Assembly: GCA_051362555.1 (NCBI GenBank)
Contig: CM120642.1
Span: 23,498,001-23,562,000 of the forward strand
Source: Lingula anatina
Lineage: Eukaryota > Animalia > Brachiopoda
Length of the DNA stretch: 64,000 bases
Reading direction: 5' to 3'
Shown: positions 40,427-52,355 of the stretch, one piece after another
How positions within the stretch are numbered: position 1 is the stretch's first letter
How the letters are laid out: each line of letters begins with the position of its first letter
Notes under the pieces: generated by a model
The model's input: the letters and a program-made list of their open reading frames with translations, nothing else
Told to the model about the DNA's origin: nothing
Database searches by the model: none
Program-made: the position numbers and the translations under genes

Positions 40427-40950
40427 AAAGATGCCATAATAATTATAGCAAACACATTAGGATAGCAAACACATTGTGGACTGATATTTTCTTCATTGTT
40501 GGCCATATGAAACAAACCTTGTTTCCTACCCAAGGGCAGCACATAAGTTAATGTTACTGGATCAAATAGGGAGCGCTTATCAACCTGAATTGCATTTATT
40601 TATTTATTTATTATAACTTTTTTGTAATGTACAACTTTGTTTGACGTCAAATATTACTCAACCTGTTTAATTAATATTATGTACAGTTCTATCAATAAAT
40701 GTACATGTATATGGATAGATTTCTCAGAGATAAGATTAAAAATAATAATAATAATAATAATAAAAAACTGTCCAACAAAAACTATACTCATGTTCTGCTA
40801 TCACCTGAAAATGTAACTAAATAACTTAATACAATTGGTAATTCAGGTATGCAATTGCAAAGATTTGAAAATTAAGCACTTGGAATCTGATTTGATAAAA
40901 ATAAAATAAACAATCCTAACTGTGAAAAGTGGTTGCATCAGCTTTTATTA

Positions 40951-41205
40951 TTATTACCTCCGCCAAGGAGGTTATGTTTTCACCCCTGTTTGTCTGTCTG
41001 TCATCAACATAACTCAAAAAGTTACGGACCGATTTTGATGAAATGTCAGAAGTGCACCAAGGAACAGATGATCAGTTTTTGGTGGTGATCAATAATCAAT
41101 CAATAATCAATAATAAAAAATATCGAAAATTTAGGGGTGAAATGGCGTTGGATGGAGACTTTGCTGCCTTGGCAGAGGTCTGCGCTCTCTGAGTGCTTTT
41201 CTAGT
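40951..41205 (+). mobile_element. Helentron/HINE (DINE-like) non-autonomous element
   Basis: Sub-terminal inverted repeats acctccgccaagg / ccttggcagaggt, (gtct)n tract after the 5' sub-TIR, 3' hairpin gcgctc-tct-gagtgc followed by ctagt, inserted in a TTA-rich tract. Confidence 0.75.
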
Positions 41206-41805
41206 TATTATTATTATTATTATTATTTTTTTTTTAATTTTTTTTTTTTTTGCCTTACGACAGCACATCTCTGAAAGAGAAAGAAAATGTAGAATTGTTT
41301 AATTCACTGAAAACATGTCAGCAGCCTGCAGTGTTTGTCCTCAAGTGACGTTAAATTGCTACACTTAATAAGATAATATCATATTCATTAGAAAGCAATT
41401 CACCTAATCAGGGCACCAGTATCAGAGACAAAACATACTAATCCAGTGGCAATATTATTTATCAACCTAGAGTTGGCATAGCATCAAAATCATGGCCTTA
41501 GTTCTGATACCCTGATCAGATTAATCCTAACGTTAAGGTCATATTGTGTATTTTCATTACCTAGGCTATGAAAGCCACTTATTTCCCCCCGAGATGAGTG
41601 ACATATTATCTAATGTGAAAGGTGAAGTATTCCATTTCCATGACTTGTGAATACAACTTTTTATTATTTTTTCATATCCATGAAATGAAGTAATTATACC
41701 ATGAGTTTTGTGATTTTCAAATCACATTTTCAGTGAGATATGAATGATTATAATAAGTTTTATTTGCTGTGATTTGTGAATTAATGATTTTATTTCTCGT
41801 GAATT

Positions 41806-42540
41806 GTGATCACTATATTTCCAGTTTCCAATCATTACCTTTCGTGCTACAAGATTATGTTGGTATTAGATCAGGCTGGTCGCATTACATGGGCGACAAA
41901 AATTAAAGAAATACTTTTTAGATACGGTTTTGGGTTTGTATGGTACAATCAGGGTGTTGAGAATGAGATATATTTTTTAGAAATTTTTAAGACAAGAATG
42001 AAAGATTGCTACATTCAAGAATGGAACGGCCAGTTACAGAACTCGTCTAAATTAAATTTGTATTGTACATTTAAATCTGTATTTCAAAAAGAAAATTATT
42101 TATTGTTGAATCTCCCAAAAGCGCACTTAGCTGCTTTCGCCAGGCTCAGGTGTGGAAACCATAATCTTATGATTGAAAAAGGTAGACATGACAACATACC
42201 CTCGAACGAGAGGGTATGCACACTATGTAAGGATGAAAGAGAAAACGAATATCACTTTTTGTTAACATGTGAGATGTACAGGGACTTAAGAACAAAATAT
42301 ATACCAAACAGGTACACCTGTCAACCAAATATCCAAAGGTTTAGACAGCTTATGTCTTCCAATGACAGAGATTTGATGATTAACCTGATTAATTATGTTT
42401 ATTATGCCTTTAGAAAAAGAGAATCTTTTTTTGCAACGGATAGTGCACGTACATGAGCTCTCCGCATGCGCAATAGTTACGTTATATGAACCATTTACAT
42501 TTGTAATCTGGGCAAATGCCTTTATAGGGAAATAAATTAA
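41806..42540 (+). mobile_element. 3' fragment of a 5'-truncated non-LTR retrotransposon (LINE; possibly RTEX-like)
   Basis: Intronless 216-codon frame with RLRCGNHNLMIEKGRH...RVCTLC...ENEYHFLLTC (C-terminal CCHC knuckle of LINE ORF2). No RT core upstream. AATAAA near 42531. Clade assignment is tentative. Confidence 0.8.
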
Positions 42541-44224
42541 TATGTATTAAAGTCACCTTTGGTGCACTAAACCTGGTACAACCTCTTATGTAAGAGGGTC
42601 ACAAAGTTACAATTAGAAATTGGAAATAACTGAGGATTCTTCCTGTGTAGCATCCTGTTATTTAGTTTGCTTATATAGGGAATAGAAGGGCAGCTTCAAG
42701 ATTAACTTAAGAGTTAAGTTGAACAGCCGTGTTTTACCCCTACCACTACTTATACTGCTACAAGATCTAATAAAATAACCAGTAGTAACATCTTTGAATA
42801 GGCATGGTTTGATGTCTTCAAACAACACAGATAAATGAAAAATTCATCAAATTTTGACAATTTGCTATAAATCTAAAAGCATATGTTGATATTACTATAT
42901 ATCATATACTGAGGCTAAATGAAGGCTGTCTTCTGCATTATTTAATTGCATACAAATCATACTGAATTGACTTGCTAGTCCAAATAATAATAATAATGAT
43001 GCAATATTACATAATGCTTAACAGCATAGCCACCACCAATCTTTAACAATACACTGCATGTAACATGGATATTTAGGACTACCAGTCTTCAAGCCCATGG
43101 AAATTCAGTGTCACGCCTTGAAAATGCCAAAATGTAAATAAGAGATAACTGTAATGAAATGAGTCTATTTCCATTCAACATCTTTACATAAAACAAAATA
43201 ATACACTTAGTCATTTTTTGTACGATCAACTAAGAAAATTGCAAAGTTTTGGGTGGATCTAGGTGTTTAGAAGGTAACGGAAATTTTGTTCAATTTTTCA
43301 TTTCTCATTCCACCCAAAAAGTATTTAGATCTTACCTTAAGATATGTGATTCTAACTGACACAGGATATTGACCAGGGCAATCTGTAGCAGGTGGCACTT
43401 TCATTTCTGATGTGACACTTTCTTATCCATTTCTGATGTGACACTCATGCTTAGTTTAAATACAAAGTAAATTTCAAATACATTTCAGTGATTTTAATAC
43501 ATTTTCATTTTACTGACATATTCATACAATTTCATATGTTTTAACATATTAAAATAGTCTTTTTAACAAATTGTACAAAGTTAAAGTGTTACTTATACAC
43601 TGTAAAACACATTTGAATCAGATCTTGACAATACAGACAACAGTGAGCTGTCAAAATTAAAGGTAAGCAGAATGGGCATTTAAGAAAGTTTGATTGCTGA
43701 TTTTCAGCTACATTCTGTTTTCCATTTTCAGTATAAGCTATGTAATGTTACTTATATGCTGTAACACACATTTAGGACTGATAATTTGGCTTTATCCTCA
43801 AGGAAGACACTGCAAGAACAATTCATTTTAACACAGGACACTTCCCAATGTGCTTGCTTTTGTTTATGGTCACCATTTACACAGATATCCTCTAGTGCAA
43901 CTGTTCAATTTTACAGACAGTCTTATATTTCTAAAAATTCAACACTTTTACCACTTAATCTTCATTTTCAAAGCCAAATACAAAAATCCATCTTTTTTTA
44001 TGTATCTTAAAAGTGCATATGTAAAAAAATGACATGGACATTTTTTCTAAAAGATAACCATAGATGGCACTCAGTATACAGTAGTCAAGTTGCCTGTCCC
44101 ATCATCCTCTTAATCACATATTTTCACACATATTGACCAGACAGCAGTGAACTGGCTTGAACAGATCACAGCCTCTTTTCTGGTCTAGCTTGATAACCGG
44201 AAATTCTCAGTCAGCATGATCTCA

Positions 44225-47200
44225 TCACTTGTCTATAAGCGTTCCTTTGACACGTTTCTTCATTGCTTCGTCAGTCTAAAATTGGACAAGTACATCATTG
44301 TGTAAGTCTTAAAGAACCTACTAAGTGTGAGTAACATCTTATCATTACATCTTACAAAATATCTGATCACATATAACATTTATACTCTGTTGATAAATTT
44401 TCCCCATCATGCAGTTTAAAAACTACTTGGAATTATCAAAACCATTCCTTTTTACGTTCAGTTAATGAAATTCAAAGCAGCACTTGTGAACTACAAACTT
44501 CAATATAAAACAATGTATATTTCAGAAAATAAAGATACAAAAATTGGAGTTTATTTTCTCCCCCGAATGATATAAAAAAGTACTTCAATTAATAAATTTA
44601 TAAAAAGAGTTGAATAAGTTTGATTAATTCAAACACACCCATGTAAAAAGTAAGGAAGTCTATAGAGTAAATTACCTGCTCTGCAAACTTCCTCTTAGCC
44701 ATTCCCTTCCTGAACAGTTGTTTTTCAATTACTTTTGCATTTGCTGCATATGAATCTGCTATTTCTTTCTGAAAAACAGAAGAAAAAACATACAAGTAGG
44801 CATATTTGATAATTTATCTTGGCATATGGAACAGTGAATTGTCAAGTATCTAATATTAAGGAATATGACACTGTATTTACACTACTTCACACACTTTAAT
44901 GTCATTATGTTGGACCAGATATTTATATACTATGAAACAAACTACAAGATTCTCCATCGCTTTTTAATATCTATTTAAATACTTGTGACCATTTATTAAT
45001 TTTTCTTTCACTGAATTATGTCAACAAAAGCACATCCTACTTACTGCCTCTATTTCTTCTTCCTCCTCATCTACTGTGGACACAGTGACAGAGCTAAATT
45101 TACCCATATTTTTCGTGTGCTTTGTTAGAGTGACCTAGAAAAAACAAGAAGGTGACATAAACACAAAATTCAGTATGTCATCATATGGTGACCTCAGACT
45201 TGGTAAGGCCCTAAACTTTGCCAGAGCTGTAAAAAGCTTGTGGACTCCATGCTAAAGTTGTGTAATACCCATAGTTCTTGCTTACTCTGAAGTGCCGAAT
45301 AATAGTGCCTAGCGGAATAATTGTGCCCCCTGGAAAAATTCTGCATATTTAATAATAGTGCCTAGCAGAAGAATTGTGCACATGTAACGACAGAGCCGCG
45401 ACAGAGACTCTTGGCGGCATGCGTTGACGAGCTACTTTAATTTAAGCTGAAAAACAAGTTTGAGAGTAGTGCTTGCAACAGGTCATTAATAAAAATTAAC
45501 TTGTCCTGTGAAACGATCATTAACATTTCCAAAACGTTTAACAGTATTTCCAACCGGCACAATGTTGCCAAATAATTGAGCCGTGTGGATAATGTGGGGA
45601 AAATTATTAATCGTGCCTGGAAAATATGATCGTGCCGGGTAGAAAATTTCCGGAAAAAAAATGATCGTGCTGGCACTATTATTCGGCACTTCAGAGTATT
45701 TACTTATGTCTTGACCTGACATTTAAATTAGAAGATTCTAAATCTGTGTTTAAAACTGCATGATACAAAAGTTAACCCATAAATTGGAATAACAACCTCA
45801 TTTCATACTGGCACAAAAACAATTATAATTGTCCTAAACAACATTTTTTACAATGCATTACCTTTGAAGGTGTAGAATAAACCAGAGTAGCATCATCTTT
45901 AAAGGCAATTAACACTGCAAGCTAAATTCATTATTTAAAAACAATATTTAAAAACAAATTCAACAATCTATCTGATTCAATCAATCAATCTTGCATACCT
46001 TCTTTGGCTGTGTTATCTGACTGTAAACATCTGCCTTGATTCCCTCCACTTCTTTCTTTAATGCACCGTCCACTATGAAGGTGACATTACTGCCTTTCTC
46101 TGTGTGCTGATAGAAGATCCATAGGCCGCACCTTCAAATTAACAGAAATAACACCACTAGATAAACGCAGTTTTGACATGAACGTCTGCAATGATCAAAC
46201 CTAGCTGAACTTTTATTGAAAGATGATTAGGATCCCGAAAGTTTAATTAAAGCATAAAACCTAGCTGAACTTTTATTGAAAGATGATTAGGATCCCGAAA
46301 GTTTAATTAAAGCATAAAATCTATGAATTATTTTAACGTCTGTCTTGGCATCACTGGGAAGAGAAAGAAAGAACGAACTGTATCATAGACCTGCTCTCTT
46401 AAAGATATACTCTGTGTTTGAAAATTCCCCATAGTCAAAGTCTCTGTCTGTGGAATAAAGAATATTCCTTAAAATCTGAATCAAAAACGTATTTCTTAAA
46501 TTCTTTAAAATGCCCAATTGCATAATAAAGTATTAAAAAAAATTTAAGTGAAAAAATATCCAAAATCGCTTTCTTACCTTTTACATTTTTTTCTATATTG
46601 TCTTTCAATACCCTCAGGTCTGAAAATAAATATTGCTCTTATTAAATTCAGATACCAGCATTACTGTGTAGCAGTTAAACAATACCTTGAACGTTAAACC
46701 ACAATCTGCAACTAAGACACTTCTTTGTGTGGTGAGACAGTCAAAGAAGACTAGAGACATCATAAGATTAAATAGCACGAAAATTCATGCGTTAGCACTC
46801 CTATTGACGATTCTGACATATACTCTCTGTGGTAACACAGACAGTACATATCAGAATCGTCAATAGGAGTGCTAACGCATGAATTTTCGTGCTAAAGATT
46901 AAAATCATAATCTCCATTTACTGCTCTCTTTTTACTCTGTGTGTATTTCAAAGAGACCACAAGCTTATAAGGAATGTAACTCAGATTCATTTACCTCTTC
47001 AAATGAATCACCTCGTCATTATCACAGGTCAGCTTGTGGGCATGCTTGTGGCCATCTATTACCCTTGCATTATCCCTTCTTCTTAGTGGAAGTTTCTCCA
47101 CAGGACAGTCTAATGAAATGTAATTTGCTTACAAATGTCAGGTAATATGACAATTAGCATGATATCAAAAGTACTTCAGTGAATCAGAAAAGCAAACTTT

Positions 47201-47837
47201 CAAATTGCTCATGTATAGTTTGAACTTGGCACTCCTGATGAAATTATGCGAATCAGTTACTTCGTCATGAAAGTGGGTTATGGCTACAGAAAGTTTGGAG
47301 CTAATACTTTACCATTTCTCAAAGAAAATATAAGTGAATCAGTTTGTTTACCTTGAATCATAAAATACTTAAAGTGCTCAGTAAAATTGTGCATTCATGA
47401 GGGGTTGGGTAAGAAAATTTGGGAATCTGCATCATTTATTATATATAAATAATTATAAATTTTATGAACAGACCAAATGACAAAAATAGCTTTAAAAATG
47501 TAATGTTCATAATTATTGTTGCAAGCCTAAATAAGGAAATGCCTTATAGGTTTTCATCAATCTTGGGCCGAATACAACCATTATTAAAATTGAAAAAAAT
47601 CCATTACAAACGTCACGTTATGGTCCTAATTTTATTTATACACTATGGGCTATGTGGTCAAAGCAGAAAACAGAAAACTGAGTCAACTTCGAATCTTCGA
47701 GAGGCACTAGACTCACCAAGGATCAGGCTCATCTGTCCGCACAGACAGTAATATACATTCAGTGGTTTTTCTCCCTGGTATTCCTCCTGATCCTTAGTGT
47801 CTGTGCAAACAACACTACGGGATACGACCTTCGGCAT
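44225..47837 (-). CDS. STEEP1: STING ER exit protein 1 (CXorf56/UPF0428), 7 exons: 47717-47837, 46995-47109, 46578-46619, 45999-46131, 45045-45134, 44676-44768, 44225-44275 (214 aa)
   Basis: [91 protein letters not shown] and KGTLID are near-verbatim STEEP1 motifs. Phases are consistent. Confidence 0.95.
45285..45696. mobile_element. Tc1/mariner-pogo-type MITE in STEEP1 intron 4
   Basis: 25-bp perfect TIR ctctgaagtgccgaataatagtgcc / ggcactattattcggcacttcagag flanked by TA on both sides, with internal sub-repeats aataatagtgcctagc. Confidence 0.8.
46197..46319. repeat. Perfect 60-bp tandem duplication in STEEP1 intron 3
   Basis: Lines 46201 and 46261 are identical except for the last base. 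Confidence 0.95.
46773..46894. mobile_element. 122-bp palindromic MITE with 9-bp TSD (Mutator-like) in STEEP1 intron 2
   Basis: 44-bp perfect outer stem, 3 mismatches in the inner stem, 4-nt loop GTAA. AAGATTAAA is duplicated at 46764-46772 and 46895-46903. Confidence 0.85.
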
Positions 47838-48065
47838 GTCTATAGGTGTGCTTGTTCGTTTTAAAATTAAGTTTAAATCACAAAATTCAATCAGTCTCAG
47901 AGGCTTCTCGCAGGTGCGTTGTGTAATACGTCACATCCGCTGCGTCAGCAAAATCTGCGTTGCCCCGCCGGATGTTTGAAGTGCAGCGCAGAGCAATGAG
48001 AAACAGTTAGGTAGTTCTGTACGGTTAATCCTGTGAAGTTCCTCATTCGTTTTAATGTGTAAACT
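47838..48065. promoter_or_regulatory. Putative bidirectional promoter, STEEP1 / CDK9-A
   Basis: Divergent ATGs 228 bp apart. CpG-rich patch with CRE-like tacgtca and tgcgtca and ETS-like ccggatg. Confidence 0.7.
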
Positions 48066-49942
48066 ATGAGCAAGGTGGAAGACATCGTGTTCCCGTATTG
48101 CCAGGATGTCAACAAGTATGAAAAGTTGACGAAGATTGGCCAGGGAACTTTCGGGTAAATATGCCTGTTACATGAATGTTTGCTGCTACTGTTGGTATTT
48201 ACAAAATAATCTGTAATTCTTTGAATATATCGTTCACTCCCATATATAGACTAAAAAGAAATGAGTATATCTGCTATGATGACACCAATCAATTTACTTT
48301 ATGAAAGGAGTTTGTTGGAACTCTTTGCTTTATGGTTTAACTTAAATGATTTACCTTTTTGAATTATGCCTTTATGATCAGCGTTGTTGATATATGTTTT
48401 CAGAGAGGTCTTCAAAGCCCGAGATAGGAAAACCAAAAGATTGGTTGCACTCAAGAAAGTCTTGATGGAAAATGAAAAAGAAGGGGTATGAATTCTTCCC
48501 TCCCCCAGTTACCCAGTATCAACAGTACTTGATAATATTGTTACAGTATTGTAGTGGTTTAATTCATGTGCAATATTGTTTCCTCATATATGCCTTTTAT
48601 TTATTCTTTTTTTTCAAAAAATTATACATTAATTTGTGAGTATTGATGGTGCTTATAAGTGTAAGCATTCAACATATACTGATTTATATTAGACAGATAT
48701 GTTCATAGGCATTTTGCTTGATATTGTCATGCTTTTTCTCCTTAAGCTTTGCGATATATACATATATCATGGGTTTCTTATTAATTGCAGTTTCCCATCA
48801 CAGCTTTAAGAGAGATAAAGATTCTCCAACTTCTGAATCATGAAAATGTGATGCATCTGATAGAGATTTGCAGAAGTAAAGGTAACATAGATGGTAACAA
48901 TTATAATTATAATGTTCATATTAACATGATAGATAAATCTATATCGTTAATATGAAAGAGTAAGGTATCCAAAGATAGGAAGTTGACTTTTTAATGGAAA
49001 TGATTTGCATTAGAATATAGTATGGGGAAATATTTTGCACTGTATTTATTTATCTTCTTATAGAATTATCTGTTTTTTATATTCAATCTTTCAGCCACAC
49101 CATATAACCGATTTAAGAGTACATTCTATCTTGTCTCTGAATTCTGTGAACATGACTTAGCAGGACTACTAAGTAACTCCAATGTAAAATTCACTCTGGG
49201 AGAAATCAAGAAAGTTATGCAGCAACTGCTCAATGGATTATATTACATCCACAGTAACAAAGTGCTGCATAGAGACATGAAAGCAGCTAATATTCTGATA
49301 ACAAAATCGGGAAAGTTGAAATTAGCCGATTTTGGACTTGCAAGAGCTTTCAGCATGAACAGTAAAGGCCAACCATGCAGGTATACAAACCGAGTTGTGA
49401 CCCTTTGGTATCGCCCTCCAGAACTTCTTCTAGGTGAAAGGGATTATGGGCCAGCCATTGACGTGTGGGGTGCGGGGTGTATCATGGCTGAAATGTGGAC
49501 GAGAAGTCCCATAATGCAAGGGGACACTGAGCAACGCCAACTACAGCTGATCACACAACTGTGTGGGTCTATCACTCCATTTGTGTGGGCCGGAGTGGAC
49601 AAGTATGAATTATACCACAAGCTAGACCTTCCCAAAGATCAGAAAAGAAAAGTCAAAGATCGTCTTAAAGTCTACATCAAAGACCAGCATGCACTAGATC
49701 TTTTAGACAAACTGCTAACACTGGATCCTTCTAAGAGACTAGATTGTGACAAGGCTTTGGACCATGATTTCTTCTGGACTGATCCCAGACCCACAGATTT
49801 GGCAAAGATGCTATCCCAGCATACCATATCCATGTTTGAGTACTTGGCGCCCCCTAGGAGGAGAGGGGCACACCAACCACGCCCTGTTGGTAACAAACCT
49901 AACCCTGGTGTACAGGATCATCAGTTTGAAAGGATTTTCTAA
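48066..49942 (+). CDS. CDK9: Cyclin-dependent kinase 9, copy A, 4 exons: 48066-48154, 48404-48485, 48791-48881, 49095-49942 (369 aa)
   Basis: [36 protein letters not shown] (PITALRE), HRDMKAANILI, DFGLARAFS, RYTNRVVTLWYRPPELLLG, MAEMWTRSPIMQG, C-terminal FERIF*. Intact frame. Confidence 0.96.
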
Positions 49943-52355
49943 TTTTTTTTTCTTTTAGTATTTAAGAGTGTGTTAATATATGTAAATATTTATAGTGTTA
50001 AATGAAACAATTTTGTTAGAGTGCTGAAGTGAGCATTGTTTTACCTTTCACTACATAATGGCAGCTTTTTAGTCAGAAAGAAATATTTGCTCACTTAATT
50101 TTTTGAGGATAAACCTTATAAAGTTATGATGGCAAGTATAATGTGAAAATTTCTCAAGAATCTTAGTTGAAAACTTTGTACCAAGGTTAATTTTTGAAGT
50201 AGCAATACTTTTTAAAACAAGCCTAGTATAATGGACAGCACTAGTGATATGCAATTTATCAGTAATTGTGAAAACTATCTGTTGTACACAAAATTGTGTA
50301 TTTGTTGGGGAAACGAAAGTTTGTGACATTTTCATGGGACAATGTGCAGCTGTATCCTATACTAGGGTGGCAGATTATAGGCACATCTTCCAACCTGTAA
50401 CTTTTGACCAGATGGAAGCACTCTGTAGGTAGTTACTGTAGGAGATTCCTCAGTTAACTTCAATCTGAAGTAACAACCTATTCATAAGGGGCTGTATCTA
50501 TCTGTCACAATATAACAAGTGATTAAAATCAGAGCAGTTAAAAGATTGACCATATTTAGCCAGAGAGATTACCTGTGAATATCTTGTGAAAAATCAATCT
50601 GTGGCCCTGGTAGAGGTAGTGCAGTTGATATTGTGACATCAAATCCTACATACAAAGTTCAAATGTATATAAGATACATGGTTGCTGTTTTTTTCTAATA
50701 ATTTAGAGCTGATTTAAATTTGATATTGCAGTGAATGAGATAGTTTATAAATATGATGAAAAGAGCTTTTTGTCAACACAGAAAAGGGTACGCATTTGGT
50801 TGCTGAATATATGAATATTTTCTGTCATGGTATACCTTAAAAGTACCAATAAAGTATCAATACTGACTTTGATACAAATTTAAAAGATTCAAAAGCCAGC
50901 AGGTTTTGGAAAGACAAATTGTTCTGTGGTAGATAAAAATGTTGTTATTGTTAGTTACTCGTATCATATAACCTTAATGAGATACTCCAACAGTGGTTTT
51001 AAGCAGCAAACAACACTATTTTTATATCGTTATGAAGGTGACTGTGATTTATCTGAGTAGGTTTTGACTGGAACTTAGTGCCAATATGAAAAAGCCCCAC
51101 CCGGAAATTTTTCTCTTAAATCTTTACACTTAAAATACTTATGCACTGAAAAGTTATGCACGTTTAAGAGAACATCTGGGAGCTGGATGTTGTAAATTCA
51201 TTGTTTTCATTCTTGAGAAATATCAAGCAATACTATATTTTCATTAAAGATGTGTTTGGTTACTACTTGTAGTTTACATGTGCATGGAATGTTATAGTGA
51301 AACTGGCCAACTGTACACCAACAGTATAGCTGTTGAAGATGCCATTGCAGTTTTTTTCTTCCATTTTTTGTTCATAAGAAGTGATTAAGTGATATGAAGA
51401 TGTGGGTATACTTTTGTTTTGTGTTTGCAACTCATTGGACAGAACCACATTCCATCTCAATTAATAATCTGTTGGTATTAATAGTTTTTAATTCATATTT
51501 GATACAGGTAAATGATACAATTGTTTGACATCTGATTTTTAACAAATAATCAGCTTTACAACAGCTTTTATTTTTCTTGGATTATGTCCTCTGATTTTTA
51601 GAATTTTAATAAAGTTTTAAAAAATTCAATTTACAGCTTTTGTTTTTACAAAATTTTAAAAGAATATTTTACTGGGGATAATTTTTGTCAAGTAAGTGTG
51701 TTATATGGAAATTTCAGCTGTGGTATGGTTGCAATAGGGATTTTTTCTCATATTCAAGCAGTATATCTTCGCGCGACATACAAATCGACATCCCCGCGCT
51801 TCGTTACTTAAAAAGACGGAATAAAATGATTTGTTCTGACTGTATGGTTTATTAATCCATTCCATTCATGTAACGATTTGCACCAACAGAGGGTATTTTG
51901 ACATATAACATCAAATATGATGACTTTCTAACTTTTCTAAAACTTAGTAATCATACCGTCAGGTCTACGTATTTATGGTGTATTTATGATATCAAGAGTT
52001 TGTATTATCAAACACCAACATTCCACCAAGTGGTAGGCAGGAGAAAATCAATGATATTTATGCAATTAGTTTCAAATATCTCAAATGTTCAGTGCACAAA
52101 ATTAAAAAAAAATGCACTTTCTAATCACCAGTCACCATTTCTGTTTCAATATACGCATGTATAAGGCGCAGTCTTTTGTCACTAATGGCAAATCATCACG
52201 CGTGGTAGCATTTATTAAATTAAATGACAAATTGCAAAGTGTATTGTAGTGCTGAACCACAGTAAACTAGACGTAATAGGCCATTGAGTCTAATTCACGT
52301 CATTCGGTCATCGTTGACAAAGGGCATGTCTGCCAAAAGACGCAATGCGTAATTT

